A stretch of DNA of 64,000 nucleotides from Candidatus Multivoradales bacterium (GTDB lineage: Bacteria > Acidobacteriota > Thermoanaerobaculia > Multivoradales > JAHEKO01): contig CBDCXM010000009.1 in assembly GCA_965223855.1 (NCBI GenBank), positions 2,304,001 to 2,368,000 of the forward strand, in the 5' to 3' direction. The translations under genes were made by a program, and so were the position numbers. Positions 23,336-32,356 of this stretch are shown here, piece by piece; the stretch's first letter is position 1; every line of letters starts with the position of its first letter. A model generated the notes under the pieces. It did not search any database and was not told where the DNA came from. It was given only the letters and a program-made list of their open reading frames with translations.

Positions 23336-24280
23336 CTGCCGCTTCGCCTCCTCGGCATAGCCGAGGGCGAGCTCGCGGGTCTCCTCGAGCGTCCCTTCCG
23401 AGTGGACGATGTCGAGGATGTCCTCCGTCGAGGCGCGGGCGAAGGCGCCGTCCTCGAGCACGTGGGCGATCGCCGCGCGGCGCCGGTCATCGACCCGCGG
23501 CAGCGCCAGCAGGAGCGGCAGCGTCAGCTTGCCCTCCTTCAAGTCGGAGAGCACCGGCTTGCCGAGCTCGCGCTCGCGGGCGGTGAAGTCGAGCAGGTCG
23601 TCCACCAGCTGGAAGCAGATGCCGAGTGCCTTGCCGTACTCCGAGAGCACCTGCGCGGCGTCGGCGCGCTCCGGCGTCATCAGCGCCGGTGAAGACGCGG
23701 CGGCGGCGAAGAGATGCGCGGTCTTCCGCTCGATGATCGAGAAGTACTCCTCGCGGGTGAGATCGATCGCCCCCAGGCGGTCGAGCGCCAGCAGCTCGCC
23801 CTCGGTCATTCGCAACGTCGCGTCGCACAGCCGCTGCACGACCTTGAGATTCCCGTGCGACAGCGCCATCTGCATCGAGGTGGTGTAGAGCCAGTCCCCC
23901 AGCAGCACCGTCTTGCTGTTGCCCCATACCTCGTTCACCGTCGGCTTGGAGCGGCGCAACGGCGCGTGGTCGATGATGTCGTCGTGAATCAGCGTCGCCG
24001 AGTGGATCAGCTCGACCACCGCGGCGTAGGTCACCTCTTCCTCGCTGTCGCGCTCGAGCATCTCCGCCGCCAGCAGCACCAGCGCCGGCCGCATCCGCTT
24101 GCCGCCCCCCTCGAAGATGTAGGCGCCGGCCTCTTCGATGAACGGCACGTCGGAGGCGAGGCTGCGGCGGAACACGTCCTCGGTCTGCGCCAGCTTGTCG
24201 GCGATGAGGGCGAAGTAGCGCGCGCCGGTCGACAGCCGGATCGTCGACCTCAGGGCGGATTTGGAGGCTTCGAGGGTCAC
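23258..24280 (-). CDS. ispB: Polyprenyl (octaprenyl) diphosphate synthase
   Basis: GGKRMRP, HSATLIHDDIID...RR, FQLVDDLLD and GKPVLSDLKEGKLTLP motifs. Confidence 0.92.
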   Translation of the reverse strand: MTLEASKSALRSTIRLSTGARYFALIADKLAQTEDVFRRSLASDVPFIEEAGAYIFEGGGKRMRPALVLLAAEMLERDSEEEVTYAAVVELIHSATLIHDDIIDHAPLRRSKPTVNEVWGNSKTVLLGDWLYTTSMQMALSHGNLKVVQRLCDATLRMTEGELLALDRLGAIDLTREEYFSIIERKTAHLFAAAASSPALMTPERADAAQVLSEYGKALGICFQLVDDLLDFTARERELGKPVLSDLKEGKLTLPLLLALPRVDDRRRAAIAHVLEDGAFARASTEDILDIVHSEGTLEETRELALGYAEEAKRQLAFFPPSQAREALELAPEFVLSRRH

Positions 24281-24287
24281 GGGGGCC

Positions 24288-25058
24288 CTATGGGTCGATC
24301 GGGTCGAACGTCAGCTCTTCGGTCAACTCGCCGTCGAGGAAGCGGTAGGCACGCCCGTCGGCGAAGTACCACCACGTGGTCTCGGTGCCGTAGGGGAGGG
24401 CGAGCGACTCGGTGCGGTCGGGGGAGCCGTGGCGCTCGCGGATCCGGTCCTTGTCGGCACCGCTCTCTCGCGGGGAGGCGCTCCCGGTGGCCGAACTCGG
24501 ACGGCTGTTGGTCGAGGAACCCGAGGGCGCAGTCGAGTAGGTCGGAGGCGAGGAAGCCGGGGGAGAGGCGGACTCGCTCCTCCGACTCGGCGCCGCCGTC
24601 TCCGCCGGATCGTCCCCAAGGACGAAGCTCACGATCACCGGCGATCCGCGCAGGATGCGGCGCGACAAGTCGGCTCTGTCCTCCACGTAGTAGCCGTCCG
24701 CGCCGAAGTCGCCGACCGAGAGCTCGAAGCGGTTGTAGTAGTCGTGCCACGTCCAGGTGATGGCATAGCGCCCGATCTTGTCGGTGATCGCCGTGCGCTG
24801 CTGGAGGCCCTGCTTCGATCGACCCATCTGCCGCGGACTCAGGCTCTTGAGGCTGAAGCCGCGGCGGTAGACCTCGAGCACCACCGTGCGCCCCTTCAGC
24901 GGATTGCCGGCGGCGTCGGTCACCGCGCCGGTGATCTCGATCTCCTGCCCCTCGGCGAACGGTGCACGGGCGGCGGCCGGGCCGGCTATTGCCATGCAAG
25001 CCAGCGCCAGAGCGAGAAGCTTGAGGCAGGGCAGGTTGTGAAGCGGGCGCGGTCTCAT
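24288..25058 (-). CDS. Secreted protein with a carboxypeptidase-regulatory-like domain and a C-terminal BamE/SmpA-like segment
   Basis: Signal peptide; ITGAVTDAAGNPL; HGSPDR...TWWY...YRFLDGEL. Confidence 0.55.
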   Translation of the reverse strand: MRPRPLHNLPCLKLLALALACMAIAGPAAARAPFAEGQEIEITGAVTDAAGNPLKGRTVVLEVYRRGFSLKSLSPRQMGRSKQGLQQRTAITDKIGRYAITWTWHDYYNRFELSVGDFGADGYYVEDRADLSRRILRGSPVIVSFVLGDDPAETAAPSRRSESASPPASSPPTYSTAPSGSSTNSRPSSATGSASPRESGADKDRIRERHGSPDRTESLALPYGTETTWWYFADGRAYRFLDGELTEELTFDPIDP

Positions 25059-25229
25059 GTCACTCGATCGCCGGCGGCGGCTGGGCACGCCCGCCCCGAC
25101 ACGGCCGCATTATATGGAGTCCGGTCGCCCCGGTCCGGTCGCTGCAATTGTGGAAGCAGCGCTCGCCCGCGGCGGGCAGCCTTGCCGCTAAGTTCGCCCG
25201 CGATCCGCCGAGCGGATGCGGTGCCCCGC

Positions 25230-25886
25230 CTACTCCTCGAACCAGTCGAGCTCGGCAGGCGGCACGAACCGGCTCGAGTCCTCGACTGGCCGATGGCCGC
25301 TGAAGCGGAAGGTCGTCGCGTTGCCCTCGACGTCCGACCACTCGAGCCCGACCAGCCGGCCGCTCGCGACCCCGAAGAGAAGCGTCGCTCCCTCGATGAC
25401 GTCGCCTTCGGTCTGCGGCGTCATGGCGACACGGTGGACGGCCGTGCCGTCGTCGAGTGCCCCCGCCTCGAGCGCCGCGGCGTAGTGCTCGCGCAGCGCC
25501 TCGAGATCGAGCCGCAGAAGATCCAGGTGCCGCCGGTCGCGCTCCGCCACCTCACCGCGCCGCCCCGCCGACTCGCCCTCGTTCCACGAGTAGGCGGCGG
25601 TGCCGACGATCAGGAAGGTGCGCGGGTAGGGCTGCTGGTAGTCCCAGCGCAGCGACCCTGGAAGTGCGATCGCCACCGTCCCGGTCTCGCTGTCACCGCT
25701 CGAGAAGCCCGCCGGCACATAGGTCTGGGTGAAGTCCGCCGTCCACGCCCCCTGCTCGAAGGCGCTGCGGGCCTCCGACAGCACCCCCCAGGCGTCCTGC
25801 GCCACAGCCGGACTAGGAGCTGCCGGAAGGACAGGCAAGGCTGCGGCCAGCAAGAGCGCGCAGTAGACCAACCTCCTGCCCCTCAA
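25230..25886 (-). CDS. lolA: Outer-membrane lipoprotein carrier LolA
   Basis: Signal peptide; ADFTQT, PGSLRWDYQQP, DVEGNATTFRF, FVPP motifs. Confidence 0.8.
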   Translation of the reverse strand: MRGRRLVYCALLLAAALPVLPAAPSPAVAQDAWGVLSEARSAFEQGAWTADFTQTYVPAGFSSGDSETGTVAIALPGSLRWDYQQPYPRTFLIVGTAAYSWNEGESAGRRGEVAERDRRHLDLLRLDLEALREHYAAALEAGALDDGTAVHRVAMTPQTEGDVIEGATLLFGVASGRLVGLEWSDVEGNATTFRFSGHRPVEDSSRFVPPAELDWFEE

Positions 25887-27433
25887 TGCCGGAAGTGGCG
25901 CGTGCTCGTCATCAGCATCGCCATCCCATGCTCGTCGGCTGCCGCCACGACCTCGTCGTCGCGCTTGCTGCCGCCCGGTTGCACGATCGCCGTCACCCCG
26001 GCCTCCGCCAGCACGTCGACCCCGTCGCGAAACGGAAAGAAGGCGTCGGAGGCGGCGGCCGTACCCTCGGTCGGCAGTTCAGCCTTGGTGATCGCCAGCC
26101 GGCAGGCGTCGACCCGGCTCATCTGCCCGGCGCCGATACCGACCGTCTGGTCCTCGCCGGCGAGCAGGATGGCGTTGGACTTGACGTGGCGCACGGCGTT
26201 CCAGGCGAATTCGAGGGCGTGTTGCTCGGCGTCGGTCGGCTGGCGCTTCGTCGGGCAGCTCCAGGCGCCGACGTCCGCCGGCGTGCCGTCCACCGACTGG
26301 GCCAGAAACCCGCCGTCGATCGAGCGGTATTCCACCGTGCGGCTGGTCGGCGCCCAGGCGGGGGCGGTGACGACACGCAGGTTCTTCTTGGCGCCGAAGC
26401 GCTCCAGCGCCGCCTCGTCGAACTCCGGCGCGATCACCACTTCGACAAAGAGCTCAGCCATCGCCGCCGCCAGCTCCGCGTCGATCGCCTGATTGCAGGC
26501 GACGATCGAGCCGAACGCCGACACCGGGTCGCAGGCCAGAGCCCGCTGGTACGCCTCGGTGGGGGAAGCGCCGCGCCCGACCCCGCACGGGTTGTTGTGC
26601 TTGACGATCGCGATCGCGGGCGCGTCGAAGTGCGCCACCAACCGTCGCGCCGCATCGGCGTCGAGCAGGTTGTTGTAGGAGAGCTCCTTCCCCTGGTGCT
26701 GGACGAACCCACCGAAGACGCCGTCCTCACCCGCCGTGCGATAGAGCGCCGAGCGCTGGTGCGGGTTCTCGCCGTAGCGCGGCTCGAACTCACGCTCCAG
26801 ATCCAGGACGGAATGGCGCAGGAACAGCTCGTCCGCATCCCCGCCGATCTTGCTCTCCAACCAGTGGGCGATCGCCGCGTCGTACGCCTGGGTGTGGCGA
26901 AACGCCTTGATCGCGAGGCTCCGTCGCAGCGCCTGCGGCACCACACCTTCGCCCTCTTCGAGCGCCGCCAGCACCTGCGGATAGTCGTCCGGCTCCACCA
27001 CCACGACCACCCCCTGGTGGTTCTTCGCCGCCCCGCGCACCATCGACGGCCCGCCGATGTCGATCATCTCCACCGTCTCCTCGAACGAAGCGCCGCGCGC
27101 CACCGTCTCGCGGAACGGGTAGAGATTCACCACCACCAGATCGATCGGCGTGATCGCGTGCTCGTTGAGCGAGGTCAGGTGAGCGGCCCGTTCCCGGTCC
27201 GCCAGGATCCCGCCGTGAATCGCCGGGTGGAGCGTCTTCACCCGCCCGTCGAGGATCTCCGGGAACCCGGTGACGTCCGCCACCGGCAGCACCGGCACCC
27301 GCGCCTCGGTCAGCGCCCTCTTCGTCCCCCCGGTCGAGAGGATCTCGATCCCCATCTCCGCGAGCCCCTTGGCGAACTCCACCAGGCCGCGTTTGTCGTA
27401 CACCGAGACCAGCGCTCGTCGGGCTTTCAGCAT
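25883..27433 (-). CDS. purH: Bifunctional AICAR transformylase/IMP cyclohydrolase
   Basis: ALVSVYDK, GRVKTLHP, IDIGGP, YGENPHQ, KHNNPCG and SDAFFPF motifs. Confidence 0.97.
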   Translation of the reverse strand: MLKARRALVSVYDKRGLVEFAKGLAEMGIEILSTGGTKRALTEARVPVLPVADVTGFPEILDGRVKTLHPAIHGGILADRERAAHLTSLNEHAITPIDLVVVNLYPFRETVARGASFEETVEMIDIGGPSMVRGAAKNHQGVVVVVEPDDYPQVLAALEEGEGVVPQALRRSLAIKAFRHTQAYDAAIAHWLESKIGGDADELFLRHSVLDLEREFEPRYGENPHQRSALYRTAGEDGVFGGFVQHQGKELSYNNLLDADAARRLVAHFDAPAIAIVKHNNPCGVGRGASPTEAYQRALACDPVSAFGSIVACNQAIDAELAAAMAELFVEVVIAPEFDEAALERFGAKKNLRVVTAPAWAPTSRTVEYRSIDGGFLAQSVDGTPADVGAWSCPTKRQPTDAEQHALEFAWNAVRHVKSNAILLAGEDQTVGIGAGQMSRVDACRLAITKAELPTEGTAAASDAFFPFRDGVDVLAEAGVTAIVQPGGSKRDDEVVAAADEHGMAMLMTSTRHFRH

Positions 27434-27478
27434 GGGATCGTCATCTCGTCGTCTTCAGAGTTCGAGGAGGCCGGGCCG

Positions 27479-28210
27479 TCACGGACTCGACGGTGCGGTC
27501 AGTTCCGGGAACTGCCGCAGGTCGCGCCCGCCTGCCCGCAGCCAGATATATCGAAACACCCCGATCGTGTCACTGATCGCATGGCTGTAGGCGAGCGCCG
27601 AGATGCCGAACGCGGTCGAGCGATCGTCGAAGAGCTTCCTCCCATCGCCGTAGTGGATGCGGTCGTACTCCGAAGCCAGCATCGGATAGCTCGACCGCCC
27701 CCGCGAGAAGGCGCGCGACACCAGCGCCGAAAGGTGCTCCGGCCGCTCCACCCGCCGCCCGTCGCCGTACCAGGTCGCGTTGAAGCGGTGCTGCGCGCTC
27801 TCCACGTACTGCGACCAGTTGCGGGCGTAGCGAGCCTCGTTCGGATCCCGATTGCTCACCACTAGCGGGTTGTTCGCCACCGCAACGTAGTGCGACACCT
27901 GCCCGAGCCGCTGCACGATCTCCGCGAACGGCTTGTGCGCCCGGATCGCCTGCACCGCGTTCTCGATCTCCTCGAGCAGCACCTCGTCGAGCGGCCGGCC
28001 GAGCTGCGGGTCCTCGATCGCCGACAGCACCCCTTCTCGGAGCGCCGCCGGGTGCTTCTCGATCTGCCGCGCCAGGTCGCGCGGCGCGTACTCCGCCGCC
28101 CGCTTCGCCATCGTCACCTCCGTGTGTGGCGTCCATGCCGCAAGGAGGCCGACGACGGCCAGCAACGGCCATCGGGGAAGCGAACCGGAGGGGGTGGAGA
28201 AGCGCGACAT
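27479..28210 (-). CDS. Secreted all-helical protein, degenerate zinc-dependent phospholipase C / S1-P1 nuclease-like
   Basis: Start reassigned to MSRFSTP; mature N-terminal W (AAWTPHT) and LGQVSHYVAVANNP resemble the family motifs. Confidence 0.45.
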   Translation of the reverse strand: MSRFSTPSGSLPRWPLLAVVGLLAAWTPHTEVTMAKRAAEYAPRDLARQIEKHPAALREGVLSAIEDPQLGRPLDEVLLEEIENAVQAIRAHKPFAEIVQRLGQVSHYVAVANNPLVVSNRDPNEARYARNWSQYVESAQHRFNATWYGDGRRVERPEHLSALVSRAFSRGRSSYPMLASEYDRIHYGDGRKLFDDRSTAFGISALAYSHAISDTIGVFRYIWLRAGGRDLRQFPELTAPSSP

Positions 28211-28232
28211 CGGCGGTATCTTAGGCGAAGCG

Positions 28233-28496
28233 ATGGCGACCACGATCCAGCCGGCGAAGAGCCTCGACGTCCGCGGCCTCCTGTGCCCGATCCCGGTCAC
28301 GAAGGCGCGCCAGGCCGTGCTCGAGATCCCGGTCGGTGAGCTGCTCGAAGTCGTCGGCGACGACCCCTTCATGACCCTCGACTTCCCGGCCTGGTGCGAC
28401 CTCTGCGAGCACGAGCTGGTGGAGTGTGAGCGGGAAGGCGACGAGGTGCGCTGCCTGGTGCGGCGAGGGGAGCCGGTGGGCCCCGATCCTGCTTGA
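28233..28496 (+). CDS. tusA: TusA/SirA family sulfur carrier
   Basis: LDVRGLLCPIPV (CPxP), GELLEVVGDDP, DFPAWC. Confidence 0.88.
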   Translation: MATTIQPAKSLDVRGLLCPIPVTKARQAVLEIPVGELLEVVGDDPFMTLDFPAWCDLCEHELVECEREGDEVRCLVRRGEPVGPDPA

Positions 28497-28549
28497 CGGT
28501 CCCTGGCCGGACTGCTAGAAACTGCGCTCCGGGCTTTCCACCCGGTCGT

Positions 28550-28625
28550 GCCCAGGTAGCTCAGTTGGTAGAGCACCTGACTGAAAATCAGGGTGTCGGT
28601 GGTTCGATTCCGCCCCTGGGCACCA
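28550..28625 (+). tRNA. tRNA-Phe(GAA)
   Basis: GCCCAGG acceptor stem, anticodon loop CTGAAAA, GGTTCGATTCC T-arm, ACCA end; TTGACG-17-TAGAAA candidate promoter at 28493-28521. Confidence 0.96.
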
Positions 28626-28642
28626 TTAGAATTAACAAGTTA

Positions 28643-28672
28643 CGGCCCGCCGCTTGGCGGGCCGATTTCTTC
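28643..28672 (+). terminator. Terminator hairpin after tRNA-Phe
   Basis: cggcccgcc-gctt-ggcgggccg followed by atttcttc. Confidence 0.65.
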
Positions 28673-28691
28673 TAGCAATCACATAGCAATC
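28673..28691 (+). repeat. TAGCAATC direct repeat (11-bp spacing), candidate integrase arm-type sites
   Basis: TAGCAATC-ACA-TAGCAATC; one-mismatch copy TAGCATTC at 33577-33584 beside the integrase 5' end. Confidence 0.5.
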
Positions 28692-30681
28692 AACGCGAGG
28701 AGCTCCCATCGTCGCTTGTCGACTTCCGGCGGCGCTCTGCGAGCCAGGCGTCGAGGTCTTCTCGGGCGTAGACGACCCGACGGCCGAGTTTGGAGAACGC
28801 GGGGCCACCGCCTCGAGAGCGCATCGTCTCCAGGGACGCTGGGCTGATGCTGAGGTACTGAGCAGCCAACGGTGTCGTGAACGCGCCGGGTTCCGAGAGC
28901 GGGCTGACGCCGGCTGGCGGAGCCGCTGCTCGCGGGCGTCTGGGCCGTCGACGTCTTGGTTCTTTGTCTTGGTTCGGCGGTCGTAAGGGAGGTGGGTGGG
29001 GAAGGAGGGGCGGAGCGAGAAGCTCCTCGAATTCTTGAAGATGTCCTAGACGGACCTTCGGCCGAACAGCATCTTCTGACTGTGAGGCCAGCGCTTCTTC
29101 GAAGCGCTGAGCGGAAACGGAATCGTCCAGAAGAGTGACGACGACGTCGAAACCAGCTTCGAGGTCTTTGCGGATGTTCTCGAGGACGTGGCCCTCGGTC
29201 ATCTCGACCTCGATCGCGAGGTTCTTCCTCCCCACGGACACTAGAAGGTCTACGCGGGCGCCTTCCGACTCATCCTCAATGGAAGTGGAGAAGCCTTGTT
29301 CCTCGAGCCAATCGGCGATCGTCTTGACCCACCACTGGTGGGCGATGCCGCCGCGGCCGTATCCACTCGGTGCAGCGATGCCGAAGTCGGAGAGGAGCTG
29401 CCGGCCGGCCCGGGTGAACTCAAGAAGGATGAAACGCTCGCCACGGCCGCCGGGATTGACCGGCACCTCGCGGGCGAGATCTGCGTCGAGGACCGCCTTC
29501 TTGATCTCGCCTCCCTTCCACGCGCTCAAGCCGAGGTGCTCGTTCCGCTGACGGATCGAGAGGAACGGCTCCGTCGCCACGGATTCCAGGTAGTCGAGCT
29601 GCTCCTTGTCCAGCTGCGGCTCTGGGGGTTGCTCCCGGACTTTTTGCTCCCGGCCGCTTCCACTGGGTGAGGCGGCCTCGGCCTCCTCTTCCGTGGCCTG
29701 CCGCTGAGTCGGCGGATCAGCGGCGGAGCTCTCACTGGCCTCCCGGTGGTCCTCAGCAGGAGCACCGGCCCAGCGTCTCCTCGAGAGATCCTGAATCGTC
29801 GCTCGTCGTCGATTGGCCTCCGTGGGATCGAGTCTCGGGAGCCGCTCCGTCTTCAGGTTGAAGTCCGCATCCCGAGAACCGGCGCGGCAGATCGCTTCCC
29901 CAATACTCAGCCCCATCAGGTCGTCGGGGTCGAAGAAGGCGAAGCCCTTCTCGAGCTGCCTCGCATCCGCCTCACCCACTCGGAAGCAGACCCGGGTGTA
30001 GGCGTTGGCCAGCAACGAGCGTTCCACCTCGGGGACCGAAGCGTGAAGCTGATGGAGGTCCTGGTGGGCGACGGTGAGTCCCAGACCGTATTTCCTAACG
30101 CCCGAGAAAAGAGACGCCATCGACGGGGTCGCCACGTGATGAAACTCGTCGATGTAGAGAAAGAATGGCCGCCTCGTGCTCGCTTCCTGGCGCGACCGAG
30201 CCATGGTTACCTGGTGGATCTTCGAAACCAGAAGTGACCCCAGGAGTGCGGCGTTCTCCTCTCCTATGGCTCCAGATGCGAGCTTGCCTAGGAAGATGAG
30301 GCCACCATCAGTCACTTCTCGGAAGTCCAGTCTCGGTCTGCGTGCCGTCACGACGTTGCGTACGAGTCGTGACCGAAGAAAGGTGTCGAGCCGGGTCAAG
30401 ATCGGCGCCTGCGGCCGCTTGCCGATCAACATTGGAAACTCGGTCTCCCAGAACGAGGTGACGTGAGGGTCAGCGACCGTCGCGAGGATCTCCTTGCGGA
30501 AGTCCTCTTCGATCAGGAACCGTCGTAGATCGACCAGCGTTCCTCCACGCCTGCTCTCAAGGAAGACCATGATGGCGTTCGCGAGAACGGCGGTCATCTG
30601 GTCGCCCCAGGACGTCGAGAGTCGCCGGAAGACGCCTACGAGATCAGAAGCCAGGAGGTCCTTTTCGGTCTCAGTCTCCGG
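28690..30681 (-). pseudogene. 5'-truncated VirD4/TraD-like ATPase fused to wHTH, a PD-(D/E)xK-like domain and a C-terminal excisionase HTH
   Basis: FFLYIDEFH and RKYGLGLTVAHQ present but no Walker A; frame extends upstream (ETETEKDLLASDLVGVFRR) to about 30681; HQWW...RVDLLV...AIEVE; C-terminal AAQYLSISPASLETMRSRGGGPAFSKLGRRVVYAREDLDAWL. Confidence 0.75.
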
Positions 30682-31313
30682 CGCTCGGCTACGGCAAAGG
30701 GCTGCATGACGCCCTGTCCGAGATCCACAAGCGGGCCCTCGACGGCGACATCGTCACGAAGACGTCGGCTGCGGCACTCGTCGACCGGCACCTGCACACA
30801 CCATTCGCGTATCCCGCGTTGCGAGGCCAGCTCCGAGACGCAGGCGTCCAGGCAATCGAGCGGTATTTCGACACTCACGGCCAGGAGATCGCCAACACGG
30901 AGTTCTCCGAGAAGCAGATCCAGGTCCACATCGCACCCGGCATCACAGTCGACGGTCGTATCGACCTCATTCGTCGTCTCGACACTGATGAAGTAGCGGT
31001 CGTCGACTTCAAGTCCAGCGAGCGAGCCCAGGCCGAGGACGTGACACGAGACCAGCTTCACGTCTACGCCGTCGGGTATCAGGCACTCGCAGGAGAATCA
31101 GCGGACTTGATCGAGGTACTGAACCTCGACGAGAAGGGCAAGACGACCCGAGAGCAAGTGAACGAACCGCTCTTGAACTCCGTCAGGCACCGCATCCGTG
31201 ACGCCGGCGAAGCGCTACGTACAGGCGAACTCCCGCGGCTTGCCGAATGGGACAACCATACGTGTGGGTCATGTGACCTCGTCGGCCTTTGCCGGACCCG
31301 TCTCGAGTCCTGA
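30681..31313 (+). pseudogene. C-terminal PD-(D/E)xK (RecB/AddAB-type) nuclease domain remnant of a UvrD-like helicase
   Basis: Frame begins abruptly at ALGYGKGLHDAL; GRIDLI...VVDFKS...QLHVYA and C-terminal CGSCDLVGLC; N-terminus missing. Confidence 0.75.
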
Positions 31314-31390
31314 GGCACTCTACGTTCTCGAGTGCCGTATCCCACCGCTGATCTCTAACCACGGGCTCGGCCCCCGAAGTGTCTAGTTGC

Positions 31391-31511
31391 ATTTCAAGAG
31401 CGGCGCTCCACAAACTGGTCTCGTCCCCTGAGGGAACTGGCAGAAGAACTCGACCTGTCAGGCGTTGGGCTGGCAAAGGCGTGTAGGCGGCTCGCGCAGT
31501 CGCTGACGTAG
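31391..31511 (+). pseudogene. Frameshifted remnant of a small HTH protein
   Basis: ISRAALHKLV, then after a frameshift SRPLRELAEELDLSGVGLAKACRRL. Confidence 0.5.
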
Positions 31512-31570
31512 CTAGCTGGGCCAGTGTACTCGGCGCTGGTTGATTCGCGCGACCTGATAGTCTGAAGCAG

Positions 31571-32317
31571 ATGAGACAATGGGTTGGCGTTGTCGCCCTT
31601 CTTGGCCACTTGGCGTGTTCGAGCGAGCGTGAGTTCGAGGCCGCACAGCAAGCTCTTGAGAGCAGGAACTTCGCCGAGGCGATTGAGAGGTTCGAGGCCC
31701 TAGCAAACAAGGGTCATCCTCAAGCGCAGGGCTGGCTTGGGGACATGTATTGCCAGTACCAGTACGAACAGCTTGGGCGCGAAAAGCCAGTCGAGAAGAA
31801 CGAGGAGCTTGGCCGGAAGTGGCTCTTGGAGGCTGCGAAGAACGGTTCCCTTACGGCGCAGAATTCGCTCGCGATCTTCTACTCCCATGGGGCGTGTGGC
31901 TTCGAAGCAAGTACCACGGAAGCGATGCACTGGTGGAAAGAGGCTGCGGAAAGCGGCCATCCCTTCGCGCTTTCGCAACTGGCCAACGAGTATTTCTACG
32001 GGCACACCACACCGAAGAACTACAAGGAGGCGTCGCGGCTCTATCTCGAAGCTGCTGCCTACGCCCCCGGGTTGTCGCTAATCAACCTCGGCGAGATGTA
32101 CCGAGATGGTTTGGGCGTGCCTCAAGATTACGCGGAAGCGTACTACTGGTTCAGTCTCGCGGTGCCAGATGCCCTCACCAAGTGGAACGCCCGGGAGTCG
32201 GGGAGGATCGCTGCACTCCGGGACGCCGTTGCGCAGGAGCTCTCCGCGGGGGAGTTGGCGGAGGTGCAGGAGAGGGCTTCTCGGTGGGAGCCAAAGAAGA
32301 TGCCGGAGCTACGATAG
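31571..32317 (+). CDS. Sel1-like repeat lipoprotein
   Basis: Lipobox HLAC; repeated AQxxLGxMY / AxxWxxxAAExG; NLGEMYRDGLGVPQDYAEAYYWF. Confidence 0.9.
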   Translation: MRQWVGVVALLGHLACSSEREFEAAQQALESRNFAEAIERFEALANKGHPQAQGWLGDMYCQYQYEQLGREKPVEKNEELGRKWLLEAAKNGSLTAQNSLAIFYSHGACGFEASTTEAMHWWKEAAESGHPFALSQLANEYFYGHTTPKNYKEASRLYLEAAAYAPGLSLINLGEMYRDGLGVPQDYAEAYYWFSLAVPDALTKWNARESGRIAALRDAVAQELSAGELAEVQERASRWEPKKMPELR

Positions 32318-32356
32318 CCCAGAGGCGCCGGCACGCAGGGCAGGCTCTCAGGGTGC

